Part shown: piece by piece, positions 8,868-17,171 of the stretch | Position numbering within the stretch: position 1 is the first letter of the stretch | Layout: every line of letters begins with the position of its first letter | NCBI GenBank assembly: GCA_001773775.1 | Contig: MEXR01000032.1 | Span: 7,266-71,265 of the forward strand | DNA length: 64,000 nucleotides | Direction: 5' to 3' | Origin: Candidatus Amesbacteria bacterium RIFOXYB1_FULL_44_23 | Lineage (GTDB): Bacteria > Patescibacteriota > Microgenomatia > CAZETR01 > Amesbacteraceae | The notes under the pieces: model-generated | The model's input: only the letters and a program-made list of their open reading frames with translations | Databases searched by the model: none | Told to the model about the DNA's origin: nothing | Program-made: the position numbers and the translations under genes

Positions 8868-10179
8868 AGTTTTTATTGCAATATTGATTTTGGGATTTTT
8901 GGTGTGGGTGCATACCCGGGGGTTTGTAGTCGGGGATGAGGGATATTTATTAAATGCCGGAGCCCGGATGATGGATGGTCAATGGCCGTATCGGGATTTT
9001 CAATTTGTGTATCAGCCATTAACGGCTTATTTAAATTTTTTGGCGTTTAAGTTTTGGGGAGTAAGTATTTTGTCGTCGCGGGTAATGGCGATTTTAGTCA
9101 GCGGTCTGGGAGTCGTGGCAATTTTTAAAATATTTGGACAAACCAAGTGGGGGATAGCGGTAGTGGTGAGTTACTTACTGTGGGGTCCGGGACAAATTAA
9201 TTTTTTGGCCCCGACAATGATTTGTTTGGCGTTGGGACTATGGCATGTGTGGGGGCTTAAAAATGGAAAATGGATGCTGGTTGGAGTAACAGCCGGACTG
9301 GTAATTCTGACTAAACAAAATTTCGGACTGGCCATTTTGTTACTTGATTTGTTCTATATAAAAAGGTTTGTAACAGGCTATTTCTACGGTTTATTGGGTA
9401 TTATTCTTGCGCATAGTGTAATTCTTTTTTTGACCGGTTCAATGATGATGTACCTGGTTGAATTGTATGAAACGACAGTAGTTAAAATCGGACTGAAAGG
9501 AATCTTTACCACCGCCTGGCCATGGGAGTATCCGCAACCATTAATTATCAAATTGGTTAAGACAGCAATCTATGCAGTTCCGGCTATTTTGGCGGTTAAG
9601 GAACTTAGAAACGACAAAGTATTGGCATTGTTGGTATTGGCATTTTACGGACTGAGCATTAGACCGACCACTGACTGGATCCATCTGACCCCCTTACTGG
9701 CAATCAGCGGCCTTTTAATTTCTGGGAAATACAGAACGTGGTTTATGGCTGGTTGGATTGCTGCTGGAGTATTGGTTTTGGGGTACGGAGGATATTACAA
9801 GTGGGGGAAACCGATTGTTGAGCAAACGGTGGTTTGGAAAATCGGGTTAGAAGTTCCGGAGCTGGCCAGTGAGAAATATGTTTTTATTTATAGCTACAGC
9901 CCGGGATGGTATGTAGTGTTGGGGAAACAAAATCCAACCCCTTACGACTATCTGCATTCAGGAATATTGGACACCAAAATTGAGAGGAGAGTAATCGGTG
10001 AATTGCTGGTTAATAAAGTTCAATACGTACTGGCTGACGGGCAATTGGAGGCTGATAGATCAAGGATTGCCGAGTTTGTGGTAGCCAATTACAGTAAAGT
10101 AGCGGTGGTTGAGAATCTGACACTATGGAAATCAAATTCAGTTTTGTATGCACTGGAAACGGGGACTAATAGTAGGTGA
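8857..10179 (+). CDS. Polytopic membrane protein, probable GT-C-fold glycosyltransferase-like
   Basis: At least 10 TM helices. A DE motif (VVGDEGYLLNAG) sits in the first extracytoplasmic loop, as in ArnT/PMT-type glycosyltransferases. The start overlaps the upstream gene by 11 nt. Confidence 0.4.
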   Translation: MGRKVFIAILILGFLVWVHTRGFVVGDEGYLLNAGARMMDGQWPYRDFQFVYQPLTAYLNFLAFKFWGVSILSSRVMAILVSGLGVVAIFKIFGQTKWGIAVVVSYLLWGPGQINFLAPTMICLALGLWHVWGLKNGKWMLVGVTAGLVILTKQNFGLAILLLDLFYIKRFVTGYFYGLLGIILAHSVILFLTGSMMMYLVELYETTVVKIGLKGIFTTAWPWEYPQPLIIKLVKTAIYAVPAILAVKELRNDKVLALLVLAFYGLSIRPTTDWIHLTPLLAISGLLISGKYRTWFMAGWIAAGVLVLGYGGYYKWGKPIVEQTVVWKIGLEVPELASEKYVFIYSYSPGWYVVLGKQNPTPYDYLHSGILDTKIERRVIGELLVNKVQYVLADGQLEADRSRIAEFVVANYSKVAVVENLTLWKSNSVLYALETGTNSR

Positions 10180-10227
10180 GTAGGGAGTAAGCCTTGCGGG
10201 AATCTTGCGTTAATTATGCGGGAAAAG

Positions 10228-10563
10228 TTATTTTTGAGCAACAAGAAAAGCGATGATACTGAGAATGTAGACGCTAAGCCAGAGAGTAGTAAAAATGACC
10301 AGTTTTACGGCTTTTTTTGGTTGCTTGCTGTCCCAAAAAAGTAAAAATGCCTGACCTAAAAACATCAAAGAAGTGATGACAGCCGAAACGATGAATAACG
10401 ACAAAAATAAGGCCGGTCCGAGAATGCTGGGTGAAGATCCAAACCAATGGTTACCGTTTAGCATGATCGATCCGATTAAAAGACAGTAGACAAAGATTCC
10501 GGTTGCCTGCAGGAAAGCGGTAAATTCCAAAGAAAGTTTACTTAGCACTAGATTATTATACAC
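10228..10563 (-). CDS. Membrane protein, hypothetical
   Basis: 111-aa ORF with 3-4 TM segments. Confidence 0.4.
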   Translation of the reverse strand: MYNNLVLSKLSLEFTAFLQATGIFVYCLLIGSIMLNGNHWFGSSPSILGPALFLSLFIVSAVITSLMFLGQAFLLFWDSKQPKKAVKLVIFTTLWLSVYILSIIAFLVAQK

Positions 10564-10581
10564 GCCTTGGGAAGGTGGAGT

Positions 10582-10980
10582 TTAGAATGAGGGTTGGAAT
10601 TCAATTTCGGGTTTAATCTGTTGGAATTTAATGGTGGGTTGGGGTGTGGGAGTGGGAGTAATGATTAGTGGTTTTATGGGAAGTTTCGGATTAACTAATT
10701 TCCAGGTTGGTTTGGGAGTGGGTTGGGGTGTGGTGGTGGGGGTAGCAGAAGGGGCAATGGTAGAAGATGGGGTGGCTGGAGCAGGAGTTTCGCTGGGTGA
10801 AGGAGTGACAGTAGGAGTAGTTTCGGTCTGGGCGGAAAGAACTTGTTTTTGACGGGTGCCAAAGTAGTATGCGGCGGCAACGACTCCGACCAAGAGTAAG
10901 GTAATGGCGATGCCGGAGATAAAAAACTTAGCAGATCCAGAGGAGGTTTTGGGAGTCGGAGTGAGGGTATTGTCTTCCAC
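10582..10980 (-). CDS. Membrane-anchored Pro/Thr-rich protein
   Basis: N-terminal TM segment (FISGIAITLLLVGVVAAAYYF) followed by a TPTVTPSPSETPAPATP low-complexity linker. Confidence 0.45.
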   Translation of the reverse strand: MEDNTLTPTPKTSSGSAKFFISGIAITLLLVGVVAAAYYFGTRQKQVLSAQTETTPTVTPSPSETPAPATPSSTIAPSATPTTTPQPTPKPTWKLVNPKLPIKPLIITPTPTPQPTIKFQQIKPEIEFQPSF

Positions 10981-11061
10981 TAGTTTCGGATAATAGTCTC
11001 AAATAAATCGCATGTCAATCCTGGTTTAATTGTCACCATCTCCTTCCTATGTCCTATAGGA

Positions 11062-11070
11062 TGGTATAAT
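11062..11070 (+). promoter_or_regulatory. Extended -10 element (TGGTATAAT) 10 nt upstream of the ATG of the 11080 gene; probably a leaderless transcript
   Basis: tggTATAATgctcaaatcATG; no room for a Shine-Dalgarno sequence. Confidence 0.4.
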
Positions 11071-11079
11071 GCTCAAATC

Positions 11080-11928
11080 ATGTTTGATAAAGAAATTGGT
11101 GATAAGTATGGTCCGAAGAATGAGCCATATTTGGGGGCTAGAGTATTGGCTTTGCTACCCAGGTTGATCGGTAAAAGAGGCGAGTTTGTAGTTGGATTAT
11201 TTTCATATCTGAGGTGGGTGGATGACTTGATGGATGAGGGGAAGCAACCTACCAAGTCTAAGCTCGAATTTATGGAGCGGCAAATGGTGCTGGCAACCGG
11301 GATTGATGAAATTAAGCCAGCAAACCCCGAACCAGAAGAAGAATTTTTTTCCAATCTTCCGTGGAACGTAGTGCCCAGGGAAACTCGTCACAGAGTTCAG
11401 ATGATTTTGGGGTCTGTGATTGATGACGTAAATAATCAAGGATTCAAGGTTAGAACAGATCGAGAAATAAGGCATTACAACTGGAGGACAATGTGGCCAA
11501 TTATGGACGGGTTATTTCTGGTTTTAAATGGAAAACCTGCAAAGCCAGGAGTTCAGGTTATGAGGTTTTTGGATGCTTGTGTCAGGATAGGGAGCCTGGA
11601 GGGTTTGGGTGACGATTTGTCCCAGGAGGTAATAAAGCTGCCTGTGGAGTTTGAGAGAGAGACTGCAGTAACAAAGCAATCGGTGCTAGAAAAATTAGAT
11701 GAGAAGTGGTTTTCCGCAGAGAAAAAAAGAAACCTGAATGAGATTGCGGTCAATGCGTTGGGATTTTTGAAATTAGATATTCCGGCGTGGCAGAAATTGT
11801 TGTGTCTTGGCTATGCTGCTGAAATTTTGGTAACTAAGAGCTTGGGAGTTAGTCTAAAAAAAGCAATCCAAGGAGCTGTATCCGAAACGGTAGATGTTGG
11901 AAATTTGAATGAGACAGAAGCCATATAG
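11080..11928 (+). CDS. Squalene/phytoene synthase-like (head-to-head isoprenoid synthase fold) protein
   Basis: YLRWVDDLMDE matches the (Y/F)xxCRxxDDxxD first Asp-rich motif. The size (282 aa) fits the family; the second motif is weak. Confidence 0.35.
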   Translation: MFDKEIGDKYGPKNEPYLGARVLALLPRLIGKRGEFVVGLFSYLRWVDDLMDEGKQPTKSKLEFMERQMVLATGIDEIKPANPEPEEEFFSNLPWNVVPRETRHRVQMILGSVIDDVNNQGFKVRTDREIRHYNWRTMWPIMDGLFLVLNGKPAKPGVQVMRFLDACVRIGSLEGLGDDLSQEVIKLPVEFERETAVTKQSVLEKLDEKWFSAEKKRNLNEIAVNALGFLKLDIPAWQKLLCLGYAAEILVTKSLGVSLKKAIQGAVSETVDVGNLNETEAI

Positions 11929-12026
11929 ACGAGATCGAAAAAGTAATGCTGAGGCGGTTTTAGGAATAGAGATTTGGCCAAGATTTGAGTGAGGATTTAC
12001 TGCGCTGTTAGCTCATGTCCTATAGT

Positions 12027-12055
12027 TTGACTTTATAAGGAAAAATGCTTATAAT
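12027..12055 (+). promoter_or_regulatory. Consensus sigma70-type promoter TTGACT-N17-TATAAT
   Basis: ttgact (12027..12032), 17-nt spacer, tataat (12050..12055), 26 nt upstream of the ATG at 12082. Confidence 0.55.
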
Positions 12056-12081
12056 GCCGCCATATTTGTTGCGGGAAGCCT

Positions 12082-13176
12082 ATGAAAATACCGGCGGATT
12101 TATCGAGAGCTTTGACGGGATTTAGGCGGGTTTTTACAGGCGTTAATAAACAAAGCAAAACCAGGATAAATGACAGGGAAAAGATAACGGTAATTTTGAC
12201 CGGGTTCGGGGGAAAGGATGTTTTGGGAAATTGGTCCGGGGAAACGGCCCCTTTCTTAAAGGAAATGAAAGATCTTTTGGACGTAAGAAATAAAGTGCGA
12301 TTGTGCAATTTGGCATATGAAGGAGAACTGTACGGAAGCCGGGTTTTGGTAGCGGCAACCGGAATGGCTAAAGTGAAGACCACGGCCTGTTTATCAGAGA
12401 TTCTGCATGTTTATGATAAGAAAATAAGAGAGGTTATTTTGGTCGGGATTGCCGGCATAACCCCAATGAAGGGCGGGATTTTAGATAGTTTGGGAAAGGT
12501 GCGAAAGTCGGAGCCGGCCATGTTGGGTGATGTTTGCGTCAGCTTTCTGGCAGTGGATTACGATTTGCAGCATTATGGTGCCGATTGCGGCAGATCGAGT
12601 TTGCCGGAACCTAAATTTTGGGATCAAAAAAGCACATTTCAGGCTAAGTTCATAAAGGGAGATAAGAAGTTGGCAGATGAGCTTCTTTCTGCCTGCAAAA
12701 AAGTGCGCTGGCCGGCTGTACCTAAGGGGGTGGAAAAAATTAACACCTTATATCACTCCGGAAGCCGATTTCCTAAAGTGTGGGAACCTTGGGAATGTCT
12801 GGAAGTGACCAGTGACTTATATTGGCACGATTTAAGATCTGATTGCAGAGCCCGGGAGCTGGCCGGAGGACTGTTGAGGAGGGAATACGGCAGGAAAATT
12901 TCCCCAGATTCGGTGCTGGTAGTTTCTTCCATGGAAGCGGTGGCCTGCGGGGCAGTTGTGGAATGGTGGAACAGGGATCACAAACGGGCAATTGGGTTTT
13001 CTTACGTCAGGGGGGCTAGTAACTTTAGTCACCCATATGTAGACACTGACGGAAAGCCGGTTTTAGGGGCCCTGGAGAGCCTGAAAATGTCGGCAAAATC
13101 GGGAGGGGCCTCGTATGCAATGCAGACTGAAGCGTTACCGGTATTAAAAATGCTTGAATTGAGATCATATGTTTAA
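12082..13176 (+). CDS. Nucleoside phosphorylase superfamily protein (PNP_UDP_1; MTA/SAH-nucleosidase-like)
   Basis: ...SRVLVAATGMAKVKTTACLSEILHVYDKKIREVILVGIAGI parallels the MTAN/PNP SGIGKV...A..T and V(I/L)N.G.AGG core. Confidence 0.5.
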   Translation: MKIPADLSRALTGFRRVFTGVNKQSKTRINDREKITVILTGFGGKDVLGNWSGETAPFLKEMKDLLDVRNKVRLCNLAYEGELYGSRVLVAATGMAKVKTTACLSEILHVYDKKIREVILVGIAGITPMKGGILDSLGKVRKSEPAMLGDVCVSFLAVDYDLQHYGADCGRSSLPEPKFWDQKSTFQAKFIKGDKKLADELLSACKKVRWPAVPKGVEKINTLYHSGSRFPKVWEPWECLEVTSDLYWHDLRSDCRARELAGGLLRREYGRKISPDSVLVVSSMEAVACGAVVEWWNRDHKRAIGFSYVRGASNFSHPYVDTDGKPVLGALESLKMSAKSGGASYAMQTEALPVLKMLELRSYV

Positions 13177-13720
13177 TAGTTTGAAAACAAATGTCGCATT
13201 ACTAATGCAGAGCCCGAAGGACTACTTGTATTCCTTTGTATATTCGGATAACTCGAAAGTGGAAATACGCCGGTTTGATCCCAGATCGGTAGCGGCGGCT
13301 GAAAAACTAATTAAGAAACTTAAGAGGCTTTGTCCTAAGATAACAGTTGTTTTAATCGGATCGGTAGGCTTGGGAATTGACGGCCGGGGAGACATTGATT
13401 TGTGTGCCTGTGCTGCGAAGACTAAACTGCCGGTTTATTACCGGAGGATAACAAAAAATTTCGGTAAACCGGTAAAAATCAGAAGTGAATTTCGGCAGTG
13501 GGAGTTTGAGAGAAATGGTTTTCCGGTAGAGCTGTACTTGTCTAATACAAAAGACCAAAGATTTAAAGAGCAAGTTAGATTGTTTAACTTGCTGAAAAAT
13601 AATCCAGCTTACCTACGGGAGTATCAGAGCATTAAAAGATTAATGAACCATGGATCTGAGAGAGAGTATGTATTAAGAAGAATGGAGTTTTTTAACAGGA
13701 TTTCGGGCCAAAGACAATAA
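13169..13720 (+). CDS. GrpB-like nucleotidyltransferase-fold protein
   Basis: IGSVGLGIDGRGDIDL matches the GS...DxD nucleotidyltransferase motif; the size and C-terminal region fit GrpB/UPF0157. Confidence 0.5.
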   Translation: MFNSLKTNVALLMQSPKDYLYSFVYSDNSKVEIRRFDPRSVAAAEKLIKKLKRLCPKITVVLIGSVGLGIDGRGDIDLCACAAKTKLPVYYRRITKNFGKPVKIRSEFRQWEFERNGFPVELYLSNTKDQRFKEQVRLFNLLKNNPAYLREYQSIKRLMNHGSEREYVLRRMEFFNRISGQRQ

Positions 13721-13766
13721 ATGTTGACTGGAAATTTATGGGCGGGAAGCTATACTTATTTAAGAG

Positions 13767-14171
13767 ATGAAACCTGAAAAGGTGATGCTAGTTGTGAGCG
13801 CAGTAGTAATTGCGTTGGGAGTGGGGATTTACGCGGTAAAAGCGACTGGATTCTTCAAAAGAGTCGGTGGTAGAGTTGTTACCAATCTGTTTGAAGTTAA
13901 GTGTAAAGAAAATGAAGAATATGTAGTGACCCAGGCAGGCGGAAAGAAACTTTGTGTCAAAAGACCAAAAGACGGAGGTAAAAGTTGCACTAAAAGCAGC
14001 GAGTGTGAAACGGGTAAATGCGTGAGTAAAGAATATTATGGAGCTACTAGCGGAACCTGTTTTAATTCAAACTACCACCAGCCTTGTATATTTTGGTTGT
14101 GGACGGTTGAAGAATCTCAAGCCCGGGAAAAACCAGCAGCTAATGTTATTCAGGGTCCTTGTGTTTATTAG
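13767..14171 (+). CDS. Secreted/anchored small cysteine-rich protein
   Basis: N-terminal signal/anchor (VMLVVSAVVIALGVGIYAV) followed by a Cys-rich region (CVKRPKDGGKSCTKSSECETGKCVSK...TCF...PCVY). Confidence 0.5.
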   Translation: MKPEKVMLVVSAVVIALGVGIYAVKATGFFKRVGGRVVTNLFEVKCKENEEYVVTQAGGKKLCVKRPKDGGKSCTKSSECETGKCVSKEYYGATSGTCFNSNYHQPCIFWLWTVEESQAREKPAANVIQGPCVY

Positions 14172-14269
14172 GTGTTAATAGAGAAGGTATTAATAGTCGT
14201 TTTGTAACCGCAAGTGGTTAGTGGTCCGAAAGGAGATTTGAAAAACGAATCTTGTTATAATTCCGGATT

Positions 14270-14839
14270 ATGGTTTTGCAGAAAGGTGAAGTTGTAGGTT
14301 TGTATATTGCGGCTCAGGGTCAAAGACCTAAAGAGGGACTGCGAAGAGCGGCGATGAATCCGGTAGATTATGTGTTAGCCGTAGCGGGATTTGGATTGAT
14401 GGGTGACAGATATTACCTAAACAGGTTACTGGGTTCTTATTCTAAAACGGCCCGAATTCCTGACATTTTTCGTCAAGTTACGTTTATGGGAATGGAAGAT
14501 TTTGAGGCCGGGGTTTTGGAGATGAGTGGTCGGATGGATATACGTGAAACGCGGAGAAACATCATAACCAGGGGAATCGATTACCGGGAATTGAAGAAAA
14601 AAACTATTCGGATAGTCAGTGATTCAAGAACCAGGAGGTTTGCCGGATTTTTAACCGAGGAAGAGTGTACTCCTTGTAACATCCCCGATGACGGAAAGTT
14701 GGGATTTAAGGAGGCTTTCGGTTCTGAGTGGAGAGGAGGAGTAAGAGCTCAAGTTACGAAAACCGGGTTGGTGGAGATGGGATATCAGGTGTTGGTGATG
14801 GACCGAAAACCAGGGATAATTACAGACGCACAGCAGTAG
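14270..14839 (+). CDS. MOSC-domain-like protein (tentative)
   Basis: Pattern of Gly and conserved Arg (RRNIITRGID, GFKEAFGSEWRGGVRAQV) resembles a YiiM/MOSC beta-barrel; weak. Confidence 0.35.
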   Translation: MVLQKGEVVGLYIAAQGQRPKEGLRRAAMNPVDYVLAVAGFGLMGDRYYLNRLLGSYSKTARIPDIFRQVTFMGMEDFEAGVLEMSGRMDIRETRRNIITRGIDYRELKKKTIRIVSDSRTRRFAGFLTEEECTPCNIPDDGKLGFKEAFGSEWRGGVRAQVTKTGLVEMGYQVLVMDRKPGIITDAQQ

Positions 14840-14854
14840 CAGTAACTATGATGT

Positions 14855-15139
14855 TTAAGGCAGAAAATAGGCGACTAGCCACAGCGGAATAGCAGTCAGG
14901 GACAGTTTTCCCAGAAGTCCGATATAACCTCTTTTTAAGACGACAAATCCACCAGCAATGCCTGTGACATCAAGGGGAAAGGTAACCAGGTTGCAATAGG
15001 GTTTGCACCAATTGTGAGGCCGGTGCAGTATGTCCGTTAAGCCGTTATTTAAGTTCAGGGTTTGCAGAATATCTCTACCCAGATGGTATAGGGAGAAGGC
15101 AAGAAGGCAGATGAAACACAATCTGGCTAATTTAGTCAC
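14855..15139 (-). CDS. Small membrane protein, hypothetical
   Basis: 94-aa ORF with two hydrophobic segments and Cys pairs. Confidence 0.35.
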   Translation of the reverse strand: MTKLARLCFICLLAFSLYHLGRDILQTLNLNNGLTDILHRPHNWCKPYCNLVTFPLDVTGIAGGFVVLKRGYIGLLGKLSLTAIPLWLVAYFLP

Positions 15140-15261
15140 GAATAAAAGTATAACAACTGAGATGAGTATTCATCTCAAATACTGACTTAATAGTTTGCAA
15201 CCAGAACAAGATCAGTTTATGCGATCTGATTGGGGTGAAGTCTGATAGACCCAAAAGCCAG

Positions 15262-15672
15262 TTACTTACAATCCTTTGGACAATTGCAGTAATCTTCGTA
15301 TTGCGAGTCACAGACTCCGTTTCCACACGGGCTGCAAATAGCATTGGGTCCACCCATAATCATGCCGCAGGTTCCTCGACCTTTGTTTGTTGGGGGTTGT
15401 TTTTTCTGGATAGATACCAGTCCGGGACAACATTTTTTAATCTTGATGTCGGGATTTATTTTTCCGGTTCGGAAGTCAAAGTTGCTGATGGGGATTTCAC
15501 CTGCGTTTGAACAGTATGTTTCGGAAGTATTGGTGGCAGGAGTCGTTGAGGGGGAGATTTGATTTGTGTCTGCCTTTTTGGGCAAGACATTTTGATATAG
15601 GAGATATCCTGAGCTTGCAACAAAGATTGCAAGCATGATTAAGGGGAGCAACCCAGAGCCCTTTTGGTTCAC
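15262..15672 (-). CDS. Secreted small cysteine-rich protein
   Basis: Signal/anchor (LLPLIMLAIFVASSGYLLY), Thr-rich linker, then 10 Cys in 60 aa (KCCPGLV...GTCGMIMGGPNAICSPCGNGVCDSQYEDYCNCPKDCK). Confidence 0.5.
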   Translation of the reverse strand: MNQKGSGLLPLIMLAIFVASSGYLLYQNVLPKKADTNQISPSTTPATNTSETYCSNAGEIPISNFDFRTGKINPDIKIKKCCPGLVSIQKKQPPTNKGRGTCGMIMGGPNAICSPCGNGVCDSQYEDYCNCPKDCK

Positions 15673-15807
15673 AATTCAGTATCTTTTAATGTGGGGGAGA
15701 TGTCAATAATTGTGTTTGCAAAACCAGCGAGCAATGCCAAAACCTACTTTTTGATGTTTGTTTGATCGCGTTTTGAATGGCAATGAATATTCAAATAATT
15801 TGTTAGC

Positions 15808-16011
15808 TTAGCCTTGTAATAATGGGCAGTTTGGGTCGCAGTTGCCGTTGCAACTTATGTCGAGGGGCAAGCCATTTTCAGGTATCAAGATGGGAACTCT
15901 CTGATTGCACCATTTTCCATCCTTTCCAGCTTTTAAAACTCCAGCTGCGACTAACTTATCAACGTCGGGATTAATACCGGGATTTGCGAGCTCTCTGCAT
16001 TCTTTTGGCAT
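15808..16011 (-). CDS. Small cysteine-rich protein, hypothetical
   Basis: 67-aa ORF (CNQRVPILIPENGLPLDISCNGNCDPNCP). Confidence 0.3.
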   Translation of the reverse strand: MPKECRELANPGINPDVDKLVAAGVLKAGKDGKWCNQRVPILIPENGLPLDISCNGNCDPNCPLLQG

Positions 16012-16079
16012 GCTTGCATTATATCCCGGGACCCTAGTGAGTAAATTGATGACGATTCAGCCGAAGAATGCGGGCTTTG

Positions 16080-16814
16080 TTAGAGCCTACTTTTAGGATT
16101 TTGGAAATTCACTTGCAAAAGGAGTTGGGGAATTGAAGCGGTGTCGCTTATAAAATAGCGGAATTCTTCCGTGTACGGGTAAATGTATTTCAGCTGCATA
16201 CCACTGCCTGAGGTGCTGCTTTTTGATACTATCCGGGTAAGACAAGCGACTTTTATCTGATCGTTTCTAACCCCGTATATACACTCTGGCTGATAAGTAG
16301 CGCTTTGAGCTCCCTGGGCCGGGGAAAAACTATAACCCGGTTTAACATAATATTTCTGTCCTGACCAGGCGTTTTGTTTGGCCCACTCTAAAGTAGAAAA
16401 TCCCAAAATATCCCTATGATAAGTTGCCTGATCCGGTTGGGTTACTTGATGGTAGTAAACCCATTCCTTTCCGGGGAGATCAGATGAGCCGGTTTTAAAC
16501 AAATTTAAATCTTCTGGGCATGCACCTTTGGGAGGACATTTGCGGAGATCCATTAACCAGTTCAAAACATCCTGATTGGTTATTACTTGAGATTCTGATA
16601 CGGGCGCCCATTTGACTTTGGAAGGTAAAGAGGGAGGAGTAAGACTGGTAGATGTGGGCATGGGGGTAACGTTTGGCGTGGTTGGGGAGGGGTTATCCGG
16701 GTATGGAAGGTTGGTGATGGTTGAAACCTGCGGTGATCTTAAAAATATGATTATAAATACCGAAAAGGTGACAACGGCAACTAACAAGAGGGGGAGAAAA
16801 GACGATTTGGGCAT
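16080..16814 (-). CDS. Secreted/membrane-anchored hypothetical protein
   Basis: N-terminal TM/signal (FLPLLLVAVVTFSVFIIIFL), a Pro/Thr-rich linker, then a C-terminal domain with conserved Cys. Confidence 0.45.
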   Translation of the reverse strand: MPKSSFLPLLLVAVVTFSVFIIIFLRSPQVSTITNLPYPDNPSPTTPNVTPMPTSTSLTPPSLPSKVKWAPVSESQVITNQDVLNWLMDLRKCPPKGACPEDLNLFKTGSSDLPGKEWVYYHQVTQPDQATYHRDILGFSTLEWAKQNAWSGQKYYVKPGYSFSPAQGAQSATYQPECIYGVRNDQIKVACLTRIVSKSSTSGSGMQLKYIYPYTEEFRYFISDTASIPQLLLQVNFQNPKSRL

Positions 16815-16904
16815 GTCCTTTTATATTATTATCCGATCAAACTTTAAATTCAATGTGGTAAGCATGGACAGAGCATTCGAAGCTATGATGTTCTGATTTG
16901 ACAA

Positions 16905-17171
16905 AACGTTGAGCCGGATGGTACCATTCGTCTACAATTTGCAAAAGCGTTTAAGTTTGGTTTCCCGCCAAACAAGCTGCTTGCGATGAGCAAGACGGAA
17001 GTCAACCGTAAGAATGAGACAAAGCGTGTCGGTAACGGAGCGCTACAAGCGTAAGCTTTTAGTTCCACCGAAAGGTGGTTTTTTTGTAGCTTACGAAAGC
17101 AGGGTGGTACCACGAGAAACCTCGTCCTTGCTCTTCAAGAAATATCTTGGAGGGTGAAGGCGAGGTTTTTT
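16905..17171 (+). promoter_or_regulatory. T-box leader (tRNA-sensing riboswitch), presumably proline-specific, ending in an intrinsic terminator
   Basis: The conserved T-box sequence AGGGTGGTACCACGAG lies at 17101..17116. A terminator hairpin (acctcgtcctt 17119..17129 pairing with aaggcgaggt 17157..17166, one bulge) is followed by T6 at 17166..17171, right before the ATG at 17172. The downstream operon ends in proS. Confidence 0.6.

Noticed and set aside
17065-17085. Short hairpin CCACC-GAAA-GGTGG followed by T7, considered as a stand-alone terminator
   Set aside because: It lies inside the T-box leader upstream of the T-box sequence, so it is more likely leader stem III than an independent terminator.
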